This document shows, piece by piece, positions 1 through 10,098 of a DNA stretch of 64,000 bases. Source of the DNA: Terriglobia bacterium (GTDB lineage: Bacteria; Acidobacteriota; Terriglobia; 20CM-2-55-15); NCBI GenBank assembly GCA_963664115.2, contig CAXWPJ010000012.1, forward strand, positions 320,001-384,000. The letters run 5' to 3'. Numbering within the stretch: the stretch's first letter is position 1; each line of letters opens with the position of its first letter. The notes below the pieces were generated by a model, which saw only the letters and a list, made by a program, of their open reading frames with translations, ran no database searches and had not been told where the DNA came from. The position numbers and the translations under genes were made by a program.

Positions 1-872
<872 letters not shown>

Positions 873-1023
873 CGCTTGGTTTCGTTCGCTTGCCGGTGAC
901 ACCGAAGCCGCCGCCCCCGGGCGGCCAAGCCCTCATTATAGCAGGACACGGGACGTGCCTCTCCGTGGGTCAAGCTGCCTGGGGCGGGTAATTTTGTTGG
1001 ATTACGGAAAGATGTGAGGCGGT

Positions 1024-2085
1024 TCAGGCGCTGATCATCCGGTCGAAAACGTCCGCTACGTAACCGACCACTGAAATTCCCTTGCGGTACTCCATCCGGG
1101 TAGGCCCGATGATTCCGAGAAAGCCCGCAGTACCGTCACGCCGTCCGTAAGGCGATGTGATGAAGGTCAAACCCTGCATGCACGGCGTACCGAGTTGGGA
1201 CCCGATCATGATCTGAACGCGCTCCTCCGGATCGTTGGGCAAACATTCGTTCAGTATCTTGACGAGGCGGTCTTTTTCCTCAAACAGCCGGAACAGTTCT
1301 TCGATTCGCTCCATGTCCCGAAAGTCGACTTTCGACAAAATGTTTCCAGTGCCTTGAACATAGACGAACTCCGCTGAGCTGTCTTCCTCGTCAAGACTTT
1401 CACTCCAGGACTCGAGCAGATGCGCCAGTAAGCGGTCATACAGCATGCGCTCTTCCCTCATCAGCTCTACGAGTTCTCTCCGGATCTCGGGCAGGGTGCT
1501 TCCCGTAAACCGCTCCACGAGGTAGTTTCCCGCCCTCGTCAGCTGCTCCTGACTGAATGCATCCTTAACGCGGATCAACTTCTGCTGCACAATCCCGGAT
1601 TGAGACACCAGGATAACGATGATTTTTTCGTCGTCCAGCCGAACAAACTCGATGTGTTGCATTACGCTGATCTCGATCGGCGGGGAGATGACGATACCGA
1701 CGTTGTTCGAGATGTCCGACAATAAATGACAGGCCGTCGACATCATGCCTTCAGGAGTGCTGGCACCGGCAAGCGCCTGGTTGATGTAGTCTTCGGCAGA
1801 ACGGGTTGGCTTCGCTGTGTGCCCCAGGCCCTCGACATAGAATCGGTATCCAATCTCCGATGGCACTCGCCCGGCCGAGGTGTGGGGTTGAACCAGGAAT
1901 CCCGCCTCTTCCAGATCCGACATGATGTTGCGGACGGTGGCTGGAGAAAGCCGGCGGTGCATCATCTTGGAAATGGTGCGAGAACCGATCGGTTCACCTG
2001 AACGAATATACTCGCCGACGATGAGCCGGAGAATCTCTCGCCCCCGTTCGTCCAACCCGCCTCCCATTGCCACCGCATCTACCAT
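1024..2085 (-). CDS. hrcA: Heat-inducible transcription repressor HrcA
   Basis: EPIGSRT, SPATVRNIMSDLEEAG, QPHTSAGRVP, IIGPTRMEY motifs; hrcA-grpE-dnaJ order. Confidence 0.95.
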   Translation of the reverse strand: MVDAVAMGGGLDERGREILRLIVGEYIRSGEPIGSRTISKMMHRRLSPATVRNIMSDLEEAGFLVQPHTSAGRVPSEIGYRFYVEGLGHTAKPTRSAEDYINQALAGASTPEGMMSTACHLLSDISNNVGIVISPPIEISVMQHIEFVRLDDEKIIVILVSQSGIVQQKLIRVKDAFSQEQLTRAGNYLVERFTGSTLPEIRRELVELMREERMLYDRLLAHLLESWSESLDEEDSSAEFVYVQGTGNILSKVDFRDMERIEELFRLFEEKDRLVKILNECLPNDPEERVQIMIGSQLGTPCMQGLTFITSPYGRRDGTAGFLGIIGPTRMEYRKGISVVGYVADVFDRMISA

Positions 2086-2093
2086 AGTTGAAC

Positions 2094-2122
2094 CATATAA
2101 CACCCGGCCCCGGGCGTGTCAA
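2094..2122 (-). promoter_or_regulatory. Sigma70-type promoter of hrcA
   Basis: Minus strand TTGACA-N17-TATATG ending 8 nt before ATG 2085. Confidence 0.6.
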
Positions 2123-2895
2123 CGCAGCCCGGTTGCAGAGGCCGGGATCCCCCTCCGATGCTCGAAGCGTGTTTCGAAATAGTCTGCGAACGCCTGAACG
2201 AAAATCGAAGTCATTTCGTCAACACCGGGACAGGAGTCCAAACATTCCGCGATTCCCATCATCTTGGCCTCCAGAACCCCCGGGTCTTCGAACCGTGTTG
2301 CCCCCGCCAACAGGTCGCGATCGCAATTGATCGGCATGGAACCATGTTGGAGGAAACCCCGCCGCAGTCGCCGCTGTGCACTCCCCACGAGTTTGCGTCC
2401 CCCGACCATCAATTCATATCGCGACGGTGAGACAAAACAGGGGTCATCGTACGCTCTATTCTCGCTTCGGTTGGGTCTATTGCGCCGAACAGTCTCCGGC
2501 GATAGAGTCGAATCGACGCCCAAGCGGCGATAGCCCAAGGACAAAGCCTCCGATATCCGGCGATAGGTGCCATATATCGAACCACCGTCGAACTGAGATG
2601 GATCGTTGGACGCGATCGCGTACGTGAGTTCGTCACCGTGGAGGACAGCACGGCCTCCGGTCGGACGCCCAACGACGCTGAGGCTGTGGGAGCCGCAAAA
2701 CTCGAGGTCAACGGCCTTTTGCAGATTCTGATTGCGGCCCAGCGAGATCGTGGGCCGGACCCAGGCGTAAAACCGTACGATGGTCAGCGGCGAATCGGAC
2801 TGGTCGACTTCTTGAAGAAGACCGCTGTCGACGGCCATGTTCGTCTCGCCGTCCAAGGCCGGATCCAGCACCAACTCCCAACTCCCCTTACTCAT
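2119..2895 (-). CDS. Lipoate-protein ligase A / octanoyltransferase family protein
   Basis: NMAVD, PTISLG, RPTGGRAVLH-DELTY, GRKLVGSAQRR, LQHGS motifs. Confidence 0.9.
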   Translation of the reverse strand: MSKGSWELVLDPALDGETNMAVDSGLLQEVDQSDSPLTIVRFYAWVRPTISLGRNQNLQKAVDLEFCGSHSLSVVGRPTGGRAVLHGDELTYAIASNDPSQFDGGSIYGTYRRISEALSLGYRRLGVDSTLSPETVRRNRPNRSENRAYDDPCFVSPSRYELMVGGRKLVGSAQRRLRRGFLQHGSMPINCDRDLLAGATRFEDPGVLEAKMMGIAECLDSCPGVDEMTSIFVQAFADYFETRFEHRRGIPASATGLR

Positions 2896-2925
2896 CGGGC
2901 AAGGCCATAGAGCACACAAGATTTC

Positions 2926-3074
2926 ACCGCAAAGGCGCAAAGACGCAAAGGACTTAGGCTGTGCAGGTTTTCGTTTGAATCAGCTGTCATGGGCTTGTCT
3001 GCCGCCTCTTGTAAACCCATTAAACTCCGATCAAGTAAGGGTTGCCAGTCCCTCTTTCTTTGCGCCTTTGCGGT
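2926..3074. repeat. 18-bp perfect inverted repeat pair (REP/MITE-like)
   Basis: ACCGCAAAGGCGCAAAGA 2926-2943 and TCTTTGCGCCTTTGCGGT 3057-3074, intergenic. Confidence 0.7.
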
Positions 3075-3090
3075 TCAACATCCAATCAGC

Positions 3091-3118
3091 AAAAAGGGGC
3101 GCCATAAGGCGCCCCCTT
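3091..3118 (-). terminator. Rho-independent terminator of degP
   Basis: GGGGCGCC-ttat-GGCGCCCC hairpin followed by a T run on the minus strand. Confidence 0.8.
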
Positions 3119-3144
3119 AACCTTATTTTGCCTTCGAATCACAT

Positions 3145-4638
3145 CTATGGCACCGTCATCGGCAGGAACTGATTTACGAATTCGTTGTTCTGGGGATTTC
3201 GGATCATGACCATGAAGGCGATGGTCGTACCCGATTCCAGACCTTGCATCGCACCCGTAAAATCAGAAACACTGGCGATTTCGAGGTTCTCTCGTCCGGC
3301 AACGATTCGGGAAATGATCATGCCACGAGCCAGACCCGCTTCGTCCGCCTCACTGCCGGGCTCGACCGATTCGATCATTACACCCCGCAGATCACGGCCA
3401 CCGGGAAGCGACCGTGCCTGCGGCGTGATGGCCTGCACTCGGATGCCCAACTCGGTCTCACTGTCCCCACTATCAGCGGGCGGCTGGACGGCAGCCCTCT
3501 GGTCTCCGAAAAGCACCTCGCGATCCGCGATCGTGACATTCAGTGTCAATTCATCTCCAGAGCGATAGACCGAAATCGGCACCGTGTCACCTACCCGCTG
3601 CCTGGCGACGATCTGAAGCAGGATATCCCCATCGATGACGGGCTCGCCGGCGATCTCCGTAATGACATCACTCGCCTGGAACCCGGCTTCCTCAGCGGGG
3701 CCACCTGGATACACACTGGAAACCACAACCCCATGGTCCAGACCGAAAGCGCGTATCAATGCCGGATCCGGATTGGCGTCATAAGTGATGCCAATCGATC
3801 CTCGTGTCACACGACCGCCGGTGACGATCTGGTTGTATACGTCGATGGCAACATTTGAAGGCAGTGCGAAGCCGAGGCCGGCAAATTGCTGAGTATTGGA
3901 AATGATCGCAGTATTGATACCGATGACCTCCCCCGCCATGTTGACGAGCGGGCCCCCGCTGTTACCGGGATTGATCGCGGCATCAGTCTGGATGAAGCTT
4001 TGAAACTGTCGACCCCCGGGAACATCCCTCCCTTTGGCGCTGATGATACCCGCCGTCAGAGTCCGCTCGAACCCAAACGGACTGCCCAGGGCCAACACCC
4101 AATCGCCCGCGTTGACAGCGTCGGAATTCCCCATCCTCGCAACCGGAAGCTCGCGTCCAGCATCAATCTTGACGACAGCCAGGTCGGTTTCCTCGTCCAC
4201 CCCGACGATGGTTCCTTCATATTCGGAATCGTCGTGGAGCTGGATCGTAATGGTGTCTGCCCCTTCAATCACATGGTTGTTTGTCAGGATGTAACCAGAT
4301 GGATCAACGATGAAACCGGAACCGAGACTCTGGACGGGCCGGTTTTGTTCAGGCGCGGGAGCCTGATCGCCGAAGAAATCGAAGAAGTCCCGGAACTGAT
4401 CGGGAATCGCGCCCCCGCCCGTCTCCCGGGTGGATTCCACGTCGATATTGACTACAGCGGGCCCGACCTGATTCGCGACAGTCGCGAATCCATTCGATAG
4501 TTCCACAGGATCGGGAATGGTCAGTACGTTGGGCTGCTGCGTCGCCGTTACCCGTTCCGATACGATCGTCCCGATCACGATCCCCAGTACCAGGGTAATC
4601 GCGATGAAGCCGGAGTAGAGGATGCGTCGTCTTTCCAT
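3145..4638 (-). CDS. degP: DegP/HtrA (Do family) serine protease with two PDZ domains
   Basis: GSGFIV, TNNHV, TDLAVVK, QTDAAINPGNSGGPL; N-terminal membrane anchor; PDZ segments. Confidence 0.92.
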   Translation of the reverse strand: MERRRILYSGFIAITLVLGIVIGTIVSERVTATQQPNVLTIPDPVELSNGFATVANQVGPAVVNIDVESTRETGGGAIPDQFRDFFDFFGDQAPAPEQNRPVQSLGSGFIVDPSGYILTNNHVIEGADTITIQLHDDSEYEGTIVGVDEETDLAVVKIDAGRELPVARMGNSDAVNAGDWVLALGSPFGFERTLTAGIISAKGRDVPGGRQFQSFIQTDAAINPGNSGGPLVNMAGEVIGINTAIISNTQQFAGLGFALPSNVAIDVYNQIVTGGRVTRGSIGITYDANPDPALIRAFGLDHGVVVSSVYPGGPAEEAGFQASDVITEIAGEPVIDGDILLQIVARQRVGDTVPISVYRSGDELTLNVTIADREVLFGDQRAAVQPPADSGDSETELGIRVQAITPQARSLPGGRDLRGVMIESVEPGSEADEAGLARGMIISRIVAGRENLEIASVSDFTGAMQGLESGTTIAFMVMIRNPQNNEFVNQFLPMTVP

Positions 4639-4790
4639 CGGTCAACCTTCCAGTGTAAGTAAGTTGTTTACTTTGGCGATTATAGCCCAACGGGCGCCGG
4701 GAGCGAAGCTAGTCGCACGTCGGAGCCGGCAAAGGTGCTGCATCAAACTCAACCATTCATTTGACGGAGAGATTCACAAATCGTCTGCGC

Positions 4791-5987
4791 CTATCGCAAA
4801 TTCCCGCTCATCTTCCGCCGGGCGATACCCTTCGCAGCCGTCAAACGCTCTTCTGCCAGAGCCAGGGTTTCCTCCTTCTTGCAGAACGTGAAGCGGATGA
4901 GGTCCTTTCCTGCAGCGGGGTCTCGGAAAAAGCTGCTTCCCGGAACGGCGGCAACGCCCACTTCCGTGACCAGGAAGCGGCAGAACTCGATGTCGTCAGG
5001 ATACGCCCATCCCGAGATGTCGCTCATCACGTAATAGGCGCCTTCAGGCACAATGGGGTCAAAGCCAGAAGAGTCGAGAATCTGGATCAACCTGTCCCGG
5101 CGCTTCTGATACGCTGAGGCAAGTTCGTCGTAGTAGCGATCGGGCAACCCCATGGCAATCACCCCGGCTTCTTGTAGCGGTGCCGCAGCACCCACACTGA
5201 TGAAGTCATGCATCTTACGGATGGCATCCGCAATGCGGGGAGGTGCAATCGAATACCGGACGCGCCAGCCGGTGACGCTGTAAGTCTTCGACATGCTGCC
5301 GATCACGACCGTCCGCTCTCGCATTCCGTCGATAGTAATCATCGAAACGTGGCGGGCTCCATCGTAAATTATATGTTCATAGATTTCGTCGGTAACGGCC
5401 AGAACGTCCCACTTCTGGCAAAGACGGGCTATGCACTTCAGTTCTTCCGTGGAGAAAACTTTTCCCGTCGGGTTGTTCGGCGTATTGATGATGATGGCCT
5501 TGGTCCGCTCGTTGAACCGGGATTCCAACTCCGTCTCGTCGAAGGTCCAGTCCGGATAGTTCAGCCGCACGTAACGGGGAGTCGCGCCCGAGATAACGGT
5601 GTCCGGCCCATAGTTTTCGTAGAAGGGCTCGAAAACGATAACCTCGTCACCGGGATTGATGACCGCCATCAAGACGTCCATCATCGCTTCCGTCGCCCCG
5701 CAGGCCACTGTAATCTCGGTCTCCGGATCAATGTCGATTCCGATGAAACGCTTGGTTTTCGCCGCAAGAGCGTCTCTGAAGTTTTTAGCGCCCCATGTGA
5801 TGGCGTACTGATTGACGTCCCCAAACACGGCGTCGGCCGCAGCTTTCTTGAGAACATCCGGAGCAGGAAAGTCCGGGTAACCCTGAGAGAGATTGATTGC
5901 GCCGTGCTCGGCGGCAAGCCGGGTCATCTCGCGGATCACGGACTCGGTAAACTGCCCGGCTTTATGTGAAATGGGTTTCTTGAACAT
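4791..5987 (-). CDS. PLP-dependent aminotransferase class I/II
   Basis: INLSQGYPDF, NTPNNPTG, TDEIY, SMSKTYSVTGWR (PLP lysine). Confidence 0.92.
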   Translation of the reverse strand: MFKKPISHKAGQFTESVIREMTRLAAEHGAINLSQGYPDFPAPDVLKKAAADAVFGDVNQYAITWGAKNFRDALAAKTKRFIGIDIDPETEITVACGATEAMMDVLMAVINPGDEVIVFEPFYENYGPDTVISGATPRYVRLNYPDWTFDETELESRFNERTKAIIINTPNNPTGKVFSTEELKCIARLCQKWDVLAVTDEIYEHIIYDGARHVSMITIDGMRERTVVIGSMSKTYSVTGWRVRYSIAPPRIADAIRKMHDFISVGAAAPLQEAGVIAMGLPDRYYDELASAYQKRRDRLIQILDSSGFDPIVPEGAYYVMSDISGWAYPDDIEFCRFLVTEVGVAAVPGSSFFRDPAAGKDLIRFTFCKKEETLALAEERLTAAKGIARRKMSGNLR

Positions 5988-6013
5988 CGTCCTTAGGCGA
6001 AGGACATGACTTT

Positions 6014-7102
6014 CTAGCGCTGTTCCAGTTCACTGGGACCTGGGTAATCTTCGCCCAGTCGCCGTGGATCATTGTCGGCAAGTATCTTGATGAGTTCTTC
6101 GTGGAAGTAATCAGAGCCGGGCTCTTCGACTTGTCTCCGATAAGTCTCGCGACCCGTGTCGATCTCTTTTTGCAGGCGGGAATATAGATCCGCATGAACC
6201 CGGCCTTCGAGAACCTGCGTCTCGTGTCCCAACTTGATCTCGGACACAAGCATTCGGGCCAGACGGCGCGCTTCCGCAGCAGGATCGGTACCGCCTTCTG
6301 GAGGGTCGGACCTTTCCAACGCCCGGTCCACGACATCGGACTCCGTCGCTCCGCCACGGCCAAAGAAGCGTATTCGAAGTCCGAAGTTCTCGATGGCCCG
6401 TTTCAGCGCATCTGTGATAACGCCAAACGCATCCCGGTCGGCGATCCCCGAAGCGCAGACGGCCGCGATCGTCTTGGACTGAACGACGATCGGTGTAAAA
6501 AACCATTCAGGATCGATGGTGTCTTCGGAAACCAAATCGGGGAAAGCCGTTTCACCCTGGGCGTTCCACAGGGCTAATCCGTCCGGCTTTTTCACATAGA
6601 TCGCCACACCTTCGGAGAGGTGATCCGCGGCTGTCAGGAACCGCCGCAAAATCTCCGTCTGGGACGCTGCGTCGCCGACACGCCGATGGAAGTCGGCCAT
6701 TAAACGCCAGCTCTCCGCTTCGGCCATCAAGTCGATTCTGTCTTTCTGCCATCGCTCCTGTGCATCGGCCGCTTCCTTCTGAAGGGTTCGTTTCAAGCCG
6801 TCGAGTTCCCCCGCCAGGTGTTCCTTGAACCGGGCCTCTAATTCGGAGGTGACTTCCCCTCGCACCGTTTGCCCCGTCTCTTCACGAATCCGTTGCTCTT
6901 CTTTGGCCCCACGCATACGGAACTCGGCTTCCTTATCGAGCAGCACTTTCTTGAGGCGAACCTTGGCTTCCGCTTCCAAGGTGGCGCGCAACTCTTCGAG
7001 CATGCGATCGAGTTCGTCTGAAAGCTGGGGTGCGACCGCTTCGAGAAGGCGGTCAACGGACACTTTTCCTTTGGCAGGGTCTTTGGGAACCTTGGCAGAC
7101 AC
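6014..7102 (-). CDS. Hypothetical protein (coiled coil, GAF-like middle, conserved-looking C-terminal ARRLARMLVSEIKL domain)
   Basis: 362-aa ORF with GGAGG RBS upstream of the GTG start. Confidence 0.75.
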   Translation of the reverse strand: MSAKVPKDPAKGKVSVDRLLEAVAPQLSDELDRMLEELRATLEAEAKVRLKKVLLDKEAEFRMRGAKEEQRIREETGQTVRGEVTSELEARFKEHLAGELDGLKRTLQKEAADAQERWQKDRIDLMAEAESWRLMADFHRRVGDAASQTEILRRFLTAADHLSEGVAIYVKKPDGLALWNAQGETAFPDLVSEDTIDPEWFFTPIVVQSKTIAAVCASGIADRDAFGVITDALKRAIENFGLRIRFFGRGGATESDVVDRALERSDPPEGGTDPAAEARRLARMLVSEIKLGHETQVLEGRVHADLYSRLQKEIDTGRETYRRQVEEPGSDYFHEELIKILADNDPRRLGEDYPGPSELEQR

Positions 7103-7263
7103 GCTTAAACAAACCTCCGGAGAAAGGCCAGATTATAGCATAAGGCCCTGTAAGACCATTATTGGTAACAACTTAAAAAGGAGTCAGAGAGATGGTAAAA
7201 AAGGGACCACAGGGCTCAGAGCCCTTTTTTTCAAGACAAACCTATATAATTGGGTGGACCTGC

Positions 7264-7617
7264 GGGGGCGCACCGGTTTCGACGGATGCGAAGATGCAGG
7301 AGATGCATACCGAGGTTCCACGATCCTCGTAAAACGCGTGGAAAACAATCAACTGCTGACAATCAGTTAGCAATGGCTGCCTAATACGCAGCCACGTCCT
7401 TGGTTAATTCGCCTGTAGGTTGATTAAAGGGCGTCACTTTTTGCAGGATAGCCTGTTGCGGCTGGCCCGGCGGCGGCGGGTGAAACTCAATGGGCTGGTG
7501 TTCCGGCCGGGTTGCAGGTGCCTTCGGGCCGGGACACGAGACAAATAGGAACCTGACAAGTATGTAGATTCTTCTGTTGAACGTTTTCGGACGCGGGTTC
7601 GATTCCCGCCGCCTCCA
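7264..7617 (+). ncRNA. ssrA: tmRNA
   Basis: 5' GGGGGCG...GGTTTCGAC; tag ORF 7355-7384 ADNQLAMAA*; 3' T-arm GCGGGTTCGATTCCCGC and acceptor CGCCTCCA; TATAAT at 7245-7250. Confidence 0.96.
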
Positions 7618-7655
7618 TCAGTAAGTTGTTTATAATCAATTAGTTGATTCCAGAG

Positions 7656-7680
7656 GCTGACCAGAAATTGGTCAGCTTTT
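7656..7680 (+). terminator. Hairpin/terminator downstream of ssrA
   Basis: GCTGACCA-gaaat-TGGTCAGC followed by TTTT. Confidence 0.6.
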
Positions 7681-7697
7681 GGCATGTTTGGGCATGG

Positions 7698-7724
7698 TTT
7701 GGTCAACATTTTGGTCAACATTTT
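7698..7724. repeat. Tandem 12-bp direct repeat, integrase arm-site-like
   Basis: TTTGGTCAACAT x2 plus TTT, 80 bp after the tmRNA 3' end. Confidence 0.6.
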
Positions 7725-7823
7725 CACCCCTTCCACCGCCACCCATTCGCCTCCTACCGACTGCCCGGTTCGGTGACGGAAACGCCCGGGCTCTCGGACG
7801 CCCTGCCCCGTCCTTGGGGTGAT

Positions 7824-8190
7824 TCAGAAGGGAATGTCGTCGTCGGTGAGCGTGTGGGTTCGCTCGATCTGAAGGTCCAGAAGGATTCTTGCCGCGTGAT
7901 CGAGAAACTCGTCTCGATCCATGAAAACCACGTGTCTCCGCATCCCCGCATCCAATTGCTCCACAAGCCACGTCTTCGCGGCGCGGGTGATTGCGCCGGC
8001 GGAAATGATGAAGACGTGATCAAGGAGCACCTTGCGGTTCGCGTCAGGATCGAAGATCGGATGCTCGATCGCCATTTTCGCTTAAGTGAGGACGTTCGCA
8101 ACGTTCTTGCTCCCTCCGAAGCCACTGGAGTCGATCTTCTCTTTCTTGATCTGCGTGCAGAAGTAGAGCCAGTGCCCCGTCGGTAGCTGA
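7824..8190 (-). pseudogene. Restriction-endonuclease-like (Mrr/PD-(D/E)xK-type) C-terminal fragment
   Basis: Frame reads QLPTGHWLYFCTQIKKEKID...VLT*AKMAIEHPIFD...VFIISAGAITRAAK; in-frame TAA; no start found. Confidence 0.5.
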
Positions 8191-8194
8191 CACT

Positions 8195-8360
8195 TCATCC
8201 AGAGGTCTTTCCCGAACTCCAGTGTCTGACGACGCGCCCGGGCGTTCCGATCACAGTGCAGATCGGCGGCACGTCGTGCATGATGATGAACGAGTTGGCA
8301 CCAATCTTACTGTTTTCGCCCGCACGAATCGGTCCGAGCAAGGCGATGCCGTACCAATGA
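8195..8360 (-). pseudogene. Serine O-acetyltransferase (CysE-like) C-terminal fragment
   Basis: LLGPIRAGENSKIGANSFIIMHDVPPICTVIGTPGRVV hexapeptide tail. Confidence 0.65.
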
Positions 8361-8369
8361 GAACGTTGT

Positions 8370-8393
8370 AAATCACTTCTCGGACGTTGAGAA
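8370..8393 (+). repeat. 40-bp site, copy a (right half only)
   Basis: AAATCAC-TTCTCG-GACGT-TGAGAA. Confidence 0.8.
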
Positions 8394-8494
8394 TTGGCCA
8401 ACATTCACGAGTAGACGCTTTCCTCGCCAATAACCCTCCCATGTAGATAGACTTACCAGAATTTCGCTGTTCTACTGAGCGACACACTCTGAAC

Positions 8495-8623
8495 ATGGAA
8501 TCTGGCACCAAACTCGGCCACTACGAGATCTCAACGCTCTTAGGTACGGACCAGGCCGACGCTCCCGCGAACCTCATCGCCGTACAGAACTGGCTCGAGG
8601 AGCTGATGCGGCTCGTGCCTTGA
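8495..8623 (+). pseudogene. Internally deleted Ser/Thr kinase gene (first 17 codons fused to the C-terminal tail)
   Basis: MESGTKLGHYEISTLLG (near-identical to the 15431 kinase start) + ...LIAVQNWLEELMRLVP*. Confidence 0.8.
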
Positions 8624-8832
8624 GGCTATAGAGGTTCGTCAAGGTACAGAGACTTTTAAAGATTGCGTTGACGGGCTTGTTCTGAATCTTACGCCTACTT
8701 TCCCGCACTACATCGCCTCCAGCGCCATGTCAGTTGACTGCTGCGATAGGGAGGTCAGGCAGGGCCCGTAGCAGGCTCCGAGCCCTGTCGAAACGACGGA
8801 TCGTCTTACCTGGCGAATTTCTATGGCAAGTC

Positions 8833-9726
8833 CTACCGGGAGCCGCTGGTGCCGGCCGCTGAGTAGGCGTTCTCGTTGAAGAAGTCCTCTTCGCTGGGAA
8901 CGCAAGGTTGATCCCACAGCTCGGCGCCGGGAGCCAACTTGGTCGTGAACACCTGGCCGACCCACGGTTCCGTATAAACCTCGGGATCGTAAATTGTGAG
9001 CTGGGATTCCAGGGTCCCGTAGGTCGGACGGCTCCACCGTTCGACGATCCGCATGTTGTTGGTGTGGGGCGCGCCGCCACCCGATGCCCGGGGGTCCTCG
9101 ACCTCAACTTCAAGGATCCACGAACGGTCGTCGAACCAGGCGGACTCGACGACGAACGTGTCACCCTCCCAGTGGCCGACGTTCCAGCCATTAAAGTTCA
9201 TCACCGGGGGCTCTTCCTCCGGAAGCTCGCGGCCGTCGGTATAAATCGTGCGCCAGGTGTGCTGGTACTCGAAGAACTGTAGAACCCGGTCGGGCAACAT
9301 CACGAACTCGAAGCCGCGGTTCTGGTTATAAAGCCGGGGCCAGCCCAACGGATCACAGGCCAGGAGTCCGAGGTCCTTTTCCGAGCCGCCATTTCCATAG
9401 ATCGGGAACCCGTCCGAGGTGAATTCTTCACCGCGAGTGTCCTCGAAGAGTTCCTCTCCGTACTCGGTGAAGGGAGGACGGGGCACCATGGAATCGCGTG
9501 CGCCGATATGACCCCAGACACCGGAAAGATCGCGCCGGTCGTAGTCGGTGATCTCGTCGATCCGGTTCTGGGCCCAGGCTTCGTCCCTGTCGGCGTTGTT
9601 CTGGCAGCGCGAGCAAGGGTACCAACCCTCCGGGAATTGAGCCGCTCGGCTCTCTTGGGCCAGCGCGAGCGACAGGCACAGGACAGCCGCCGTGACCACT
9701 GTCAGAATGACGATTCGATTTCGCAT
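8833..9726 (-). CDS. Secreted uncharacterised protein (DUF6152-partner type)
   Basis: Signal peptide; CSRCQNN; DLSGVW, CDPLGWPR, RTIYTDGR, GHWEGDTFVVES, DPEVYTEPW; paralog of 30695-31561. Confidence 0.85.
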   Translation of the reverse strand: MRNRIVILTVVTAAVLCLSLALAQESRAAQFPEGWYPCSRCQNNADRDEAWAQNRIDEITDYDRRDLSGVWGHIGARDSMVPRPPFTEYGEELFEDTRGEEFTSDGFPIYGNGGSEKDLGLLACDPLGWPRLYNQNRGFEFVMLPDRVLQFFEYQHTWRTIYTDGRELPEEEPPVMNFNGWNVGHWEGDTFVVESAWFDDRSWILEVEVEDPRASGGGAPHTNNMRIVERWSRPTYGTLESQLTIYDPEVYTEPWVGQVFTTKLAPGAELWDQPCVPSEEDFFNENAYSAAGTSGSR

Positions 9727-9913
9727 GGTAGTCCCCTCCCCTCATGCTCCAGAGATCTGGATAAACAAACGATACATAGCGATGGGTGCAATCTTTCGCC
9801 ATTGAACACTTGAGAGTCGTGCCTGTCAACAGCTAGCTGACGCGAAGTCGCCGCGAGGGAAACGCCCGTGAAGAAGAGTGCGCGCATCCAGTGGGAAGCC
9901 AGGGCAGCTGCCG

Positions 9914-10015
9914 GCGTGGACGCGGGATACTCTCTCCGTCGGCGACCGGGTAACCGTCGGCAATACCTATTTCACCGTCGAGACCATCAACGCTGCCGGC
10001 GAGACCGTCGATGGG
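9914..10015 (+). pseudogene. DUF6152-like fragments
   Basis: Reads WTRDTLSVGDRVTVGN-TYFTVETINAAGETVD; both segments resemble intact DUF6152 genes in this window. Confidence 0.4.
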
Positions 10016-10098
10016 GGTTTCGCATACTGTACTCGGTGACAACTCCTTCAAACGTCAAAGACCGAGTTCATATCCAGAGCAGCGTCGCTGTGATGACC

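Noticed and set aside
7434-7742. Minus-strand ORF overlapping ssrA
   Set aside because: Antisense to tmRNA; its MLTKMLTK start is just the 12-bp repeat.
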